This document shows, in pieces, positions 63,884 to 64,000 of a stretch of 64,000 nucleotides of DNA. The notes beneath the pieces are model-generated. The model ran no database searches and was not told the DNA's origin. It was given only the letters and a program-made list of their open reading frames with translations. The translations under genes and the position numbers were made by a program. This DNA comes from Bdellovibrionales bacterium (lineage in GTDB: Bacteria; Bdellovibrionota; Bdellovibrionia; Bdellovibrionales; UBA1609), in NCBI GenBank assembly GCA_965219095.1, contig CBDCMT010000001.1, forward strand, positions 1,088,001-1,152,000. Reading direction: 5' to 3'. Position 1 is the stretch's first letter. Each line of letters starts with the position of its first letter.

Positions 63884-64000
63884 TATAGGACTGCATTCTT
63901 TAATATGGGCTGTTTATTTATCGCTAACCTTTATTATTTGCATGGGATTTTTTCTAAGAAAAAAAGTAGGGATAATTTCTGTTTTATTGATATCTTGCCT

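Overview
AT-rich bacterial chromosome segment. The gene content (EnvC/CtpA/Fur/UvrA/Lgt block; HK-RR/CoaD/AspC/Pal/CpoB/TsaD/RsmA/SmpB block; many signal-peptide proteins) suggests a Bdellovibrionota-like organism, but this is inference. The two intact housekeeping blocks (about 9.5-20.2 kb and 35.4-47.7 kb) sit in a very heavy insertion-sequence load: about 24 kb by rough hand tally, from nine families (IS630 in three types, IS66, IS481, IS982, IS1634, IS256, ISL3, IS110 and IS3-type ends), as intact, nested, truncated and miniature copies. The most interesting non-IS signal is a set of signal-peptide proteins carrying normally cytoplasmic, NTP-dependent enzyme domains: a 1368-aa protein with three Clp-type AAA+ modules fused to an FtsH-like M41 protease, and a truncated nucleotidyltransferase-like protein. 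Two exported proteins end in the same C-x-x-x-F terminal motif, which may be an uncharacterised effector/sorting signal. Other highlights: a 318-bp direct repeat flanking an IS1634 inside ISL3 inside IS630; a dispersed 48-bp fold-back element built from one ISL3 end; a candidate IS110 bridge-RNA end found twice inside the ends of other ISs; and an orphaned HsdM-HsdS fusion. No rRNA, tRNA or CRISPR array was recognised.
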